From positions 14,440-78,439 of the forward strand of contig QKEH01000114.1 in NCBI GenBank assembly GCA_003252385.1: DNA of 64,000 bases, written 5' to 3'. Source of the stretch: Bacteroidota bacterium (GTDB lineage Bacteria > Bacteroidota > Bacteroidia > Bacteroidales > UBA10428). Shown here in pieces: positions 60,457 to 64,000 of this stretch (the first letter of the stretch is position 1; the number at the start of each line of letters is the position of its first letter). The notes under the pieces are model-generated. The model saw only the letters and a list, made by a program, of their open reading frames with translations. It was not told the origin of the DNA and ran no database searches. Both the position numbers and the translations under genes were made by a program.

Positions 60457-62181
60457 TCATCTTTCCGACTCACCGGACTGGATCGACAATGAAAACCATC
60501 GGGTCACGTTCAGAAAGCGGTCGTACAGCCGCAGTTCAAAGGGCTCTGCTATCGGCATTTTTTGAGTAACGGGTTCCGAAGCAGCTGCACCATTGATTCG
60601 AATGCATGTATCGGAAGTGTGCACCTCGGCATACAACCAGTCTTCCTGAGAACAAATGGTTAACTCTTGGCCGCGAGCCTCCCATTTTATTTCTGCCTGG
60701 GAACCCTCAAAATCGGTGTACTGACTCAAATTACCCGGCGAGACTTCTTTAAAGCGTTTTTTTACCCGATCAACCGGAGTGCCTTTCACCTGGATGAAAG
60801 CCGGATGAATACACCCCATTCCCTGCAACGCCAGCAATTGTAAATGGCCAACCAGCAGAGGGTCGTTACCGGTAATCAGAGCATGTATGGCATCCACAGC
60901 CAGAGCATCACTTCCGGCCAAAATCAGCCGCATGTTCATTTGCACCTGAGGCAGGAGGTACGAGTTCCCCATACCAGCACCCGGAAACGGGCCATATTGC
61001 GCTCCCTGAATCCCATCGGTAATTACATAATCAGCAGGCCGGCAAAGGTAATAATCGTGAATCCACTGATCCAGCGGTTTTACGCTCCCTTTGAAGTCCC
61101 AATGCGGAATCATCTGCCAGCGCCCCGATTGGTCGGAAGCCACAACCTTAGGGCCATTGCCATACATGCGAACCGGTGTGGCACCTATCCCCAGATTTTT
61201 AACTGCCCCGGTTATGCCGGTCAAGAAATGGGTTTTCAACACCGGCAGGCTAATCAGCACCTGTGCCTTGTAATAGATATTGTTCAGATAGTACCGCGGA
61301 TGCAAAATGTACTGACCTTCAGGCAGGGCAACCAGAATTTGATCGGTAGCAGCCGAATCGTACCAGGCACCTGCAAATTCATCGAGAAGAATTACGGAAT
61401 CCAGGCCCGTTATTCGGCCATATCCCAAACGATTGAAATTCTCGCGTGTATTATCCAAACCGGAAGCTTCCAGGAGAACCAGCATTCCGCTTTTATTGTG
61501 TTCGCGTACTAAATCCACCACCGACTGGATCACCCGATAATCGGTGGCCACGCCATTGGCTTCGGGAGGAAAATACCGCTCACTTCCGGACACCCCATCG
61601 CGCGCACCAATCATATTGGGCTTAAGCACCACCGTATCACCTTCGTGTATCAAGGTATCAAAACCGCCTGACAGGGTCACTGCCTGGCGAATAAGATTTG
61701 TTATCTCTTCCTGTCCAATCCAACAGGCAGAATCCTTCTCTGACTGAACCACGGCCACACAAGCCTTGTATCCATTACCCTGATTCGGCTCGTTCCGAAG
61801 TAAATCAGCTGCCTGCCGACGTTGTTCCCCTGTCTGCGAACGGGCTACCCATTCCTTAATGGGAGAACCGAAGACCATCATCGTAATTACTCCCAACCCA
61901 CAAATGCCATACACGGTATAGTGTCCTCTGCGATGAACAGACAGGTTTTGGGTTACCTTCCTGAACCATCCGCGGAATAATCCTGCTCCGCAAATCCAAA
62001 GCACAAAAGCGGAAGCCAGTGGAAAACTTGCCCGCATGCAAGGATATGCAGCCCGCTGCGGTTTGGGCAGTACCCTGATGAGAAACCAAAGTAAAGCCGC
62101 AGCCCCTATCAGTGCTGCATAGTATCGGGTTGTTGTAAATCTCCGGTATGGAAGGGTGAGAAATTGAAGAAAAGTTTTCAT
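60457..62181 (-). CDS. Membrane-anchored DUF362 domain protein
   Basis: GDTVVLKPN and ISLPVLKTH..GITGAVKN motifs; N-terminal TMs. Start probably ATG 62181. Confidence 0.8.
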   Translation of the reverse strand: MKTFLQFLTLPYRRFTTTRYYAALIGAAALLWFLIRVLPKPQRAAYPCMRASFPLASAFVLWICGAGLFRGWFRKVTQNLSVHRRGHYTVYGICGLGVITMMVFGSPIKEWVARSQTGEQRRQAADLLRNEPNQGNGYKACVAVVQSEKDSACWIGQEEITNLIRQAVTLSGGFDTLIHEGDTVVLKPNMIGARDGVSGSERYFPPEANGVATDYRVIQSVVDLVREHNKSGMLVLLEASGLDNTRENFNRLGYGRITGLDSVILLDEFAGAWYDSAATDQILVALPEGQYILHPRYYLNNIYYKAQVLISLPVLKTHFLTGITGAVKNLGIGATPVRMYGNGPKVVASDQSGRWQMIPHWDFKGSVKPLDQWIHDYYLCRPADYVITDGIQGAQYGPFPGAGMGNSYLLPQVQMNMRLILAGSDALAVDAIHALITGNDPLLVGHLQLLALQGMGCIHPAFIQVKGTPVDRVKKRFKEVSPGNLSQYTDFEGSQAEIKWEARGQELTICSQEDWLYAEVHTSDTCIRINGAAASEPVTQKMPIAEPFELRLYDRFLNVTRWFSLSIQSGESER

Positions 62182-62383
62182 AGTAAACAGTGAAGCTAAT
62201 TTGGCCTGCAAGGTAGCCACTGTCCCCACTCAGGTCGTCCGGAAACCGGTTTTCGAACCAAATACCTGACAAAAATTAAGGGCGACCGGCGAAATCCGTT
62301 ACCGAAAACTATCATCCATACTATGAAAGTCCACACCAAGGTTTAACGGCTCCCCCGCCTATCGATCTCCCAACAGATTATGG

Positions 62384-63682
62384 TTATCGGCTGAGGGTTT
62401 TAAGTAATTTTCTTCGATAACGCGACTGTTTGTAAATCTTGAATACCATTTTAAGAGGGTCGCGAAGCAAATTCACGTTGGTTTCCTCCCGGGAATCCTG
62501 CCAATAAATGGGCACTTCGTGAACCTTCTTACCGAGCACCTCGGCCACCATAAGCATTTCTGTGTCGAAAGCAAAACTGATCTCTCTGAGATAGGGCACA
62601 ATATGGCAGGCACTGGATGCAGTGAAGGCTTTAAACCCATTTTGGGTATCGGAATAATCGATCCAGAGCAACACTGAAACTACCAGGTTGTACACCCAGC
62701 TGCTAAACTTTTGCTTGAATCCCCGGTTGACTACCGACGATTGCTCGTGCCAACGACTCGATATACTTATATCATACCCGTTGAACAATGGAGCTATCAG
62801 GCTTCCGGTGAGCCGTAAATCCGACGATACATCCGCATCGGTGTAGAGCAAAATATCGTCAGGAGCCATGCCGTTATTCGCAATGCAGCGAAAGGCCGAA
62901 ACAACAGCTCCCCCTTTTTGGGAGCTCTGAGCTATGGAGGGGTTCATTTCGTGCAGAAACCATACTGCCACCTTTCCGGATTGTAACAGGCCCGGGTAGT
63001 TGCCCTCCAGATACACCTGAGCCAGCAGTCCCGACTGGTACGTAAAATCACCATCGTCGACCAATATGAGTTTCCAGAAAAATTTCGGGTTCCACTGCTG
63101 CAATTCCTCCAACTGGGCAATTTTTACCCGGAGAAAATCTTCGCCATGCGGATTCTCCTTCGATTTAGGGAACAACCGCTTGTGCTCCTTAAACAGAGGA
63201 ACTACAAAATAGAGAGTGACCTGCTGTTCCGGAGCCAGTTGAGCCAGCTTTTGTTCCGACTCCTCCAGGTAACGTTGCAACGGTCTTAAGGGGGGGATAA
63301 AAACAAAAATATGGTTTAACGCAAAATTGACTGTTACGTTAATCAAAATGGCTGCAAACTGGCACGTCAGAGGCGAAACCCCGTAGTATCGCACCAGCAA
63401 CCAAGTTTGAAAAAGGGTTAGCAACAACGATACCGACCGAAACAGATAGTACAGCGCCAACTGGCTTTTAATATTCCTCGAACGGTTCTCAAAGGTCCAA
63501 TACTTATTCATCAGGAAGGTAAGCAGGGTCACTACCAGAAAGGCGACACTCTGTCCCACCAAATAATGCCCGTTCAGCGATACGTAAAGCAGGTAGAATA
63601 TACCGATGTGGAGGGCGGTATTAATAAAACCCACCACCGAGAACCGGAAAAAACGAAAGAGTATTTTTTGTTTGTGTTTCAC
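62384..63682 (-). CDS. GtrA-like flippase fused to a GT2 polyprenol-phosphate glycosyltransferase
   Basis: N-terminal four-TM GtrA pattern (RFSVVG, NKYWTF) plus GT2 motifs LVDDG, KGGAV, TDAD, DTQNGFKAF and FAFDTE. Confidence 0.85.
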   Translation of the reverse strand: MKHKQKILFRFFRFSVVGFINTALHIGIFYLLYVSLNGHYLVGQSVAFLVVTLLTFLMNKYWTFENRSRNIKSQLALYYLFRSVSLLLTLFQTWLLVRYYGVSPLTCQFAAILINVTVNFALNHIFVFIPPLRPLQRYLEESEQKLAQLAPEQQVTLYFVVPLFKEHKRLFPKSKENPHGEDFLRVKIAQLEELQQWNPKFFWKLILVDDGDFTYQSGLLAQVYLEGNYPGLLQSGKVAVWFLHEMNPSIAQSSQKGGAVVSAFRCIANNGMAPDDILLYTDADVSSDLRLTGSLIAPLFNGYDISISSRWHEQSSVVNRGFKQKFSSWVYNLVVSVLLWIDYSDTQNGFKAFTASSACHIVPYLREISFAFDTEMLMVAEVLGKKVHEVPIYWQDSREETNVNLLRDPLKMVFKIYKQSRYRRKLLKTLSR

Positions 63683-64000
63683 GAGACTCTAATTTCTGCA
63701 GGTTTGATATGAAATGTGCCTCCGGAATGCGGGATACGACCGGTCGAACAATCAAATGCAAGTTCCAGGGTGCTGGGATAAAGATGATCCTGCCTGAAAT
63801 CAAAGAGCTGCTCTGACTGGCGGTTAATCCCTGAACAGAGCCGAAAGATTGTATTTATATTATTTCCTGATACGCTGCAAATGGGAAAGGTAACGCCCCT
63901 GCCGAAATCCACGCCTCCTGGGCATATAGTCTGCGTGAATCGGTTGGTACAACGAAAAACCAATTCAGACATCGAGCAATGTTTATTATCCAAGTTCAAT
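63679..64000 (-). CDS. C-terminal fragment of an unidentified upstream gene
   Basis: Frame open to the window edge; its stop overlaps the GTG start of the GtrA-GT2 gene (GTGA). Confidence 0.5.
   Translation of the reverse strand, partial: LNLDNKHCSMSELVFRCTNRFTQTICPGGVDFGRGVTFPICSVSGNNINTIFRLCSGINRQSEQLFDFRQDHLYPSTLELAFDCSTGRIPHSGGTFHIKPAEIRVS

Noticed and set aside
1-64000. CRISPR array, transposase, integrase, prophage or defence system
   Set aside because: No regularly spaced repeat-spacer array or recognisable mobile/defence protein motifs were seen by eye.

Overview
Core-genome window of a Bacteroidota (Bacteroidales/Marinilabiliales-like) bacterium, judged from gene content and order and from recurrent TAnnTTTG (-7) promoter elements. 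In order it holds: the dcw cluster (mraZ to a truncated murC), a glsA/glsB-like amino-lipid acyltransferase pair, purF, the leuA-leuC-leuD-cimA-leuB operon, yebC, a STAS gene, an rprX/rprY-like two-component system, a hybrid kinase, acpP-fabF-rnc, purN, an M23 peptidase, leuS, tRNA-Arg(CCG), an ExbB/ExbD operon, tRNA-Ser(GGA), tatD, dprA, tadA, aspS and lepA. The more accessory right end carries a TonB-receptor/DUF4249/plug-domain operon, a GNAT/SPL-like radical SAM/DUF3820 trio, an orphan NifA/AnfA-like sigma-54 activator, a DUF362 protein and a GtrA-GT2 fusion. I saw no IS, prophage or CRISPR array. The best unannotated signals are non-coding. (1) A candidate ~150-nt sRNA transcribed divergently from rprX has its own promoter and terminator, phased TTAACA boxes upstream, and two tandem segments complementary to 'AUG AAA A' start regions. 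(2) A Leu/Ile leader-peptide attenuator sits upstream of the leu-cimA operon. (3) MraZ-type 10-bp phased repeats precede mraZ. (4) A palindromic back-to-back promoter separates the TonB-receptor operon from the GNAT gene. Family assignments come from motif recognition only; no database searches were run.
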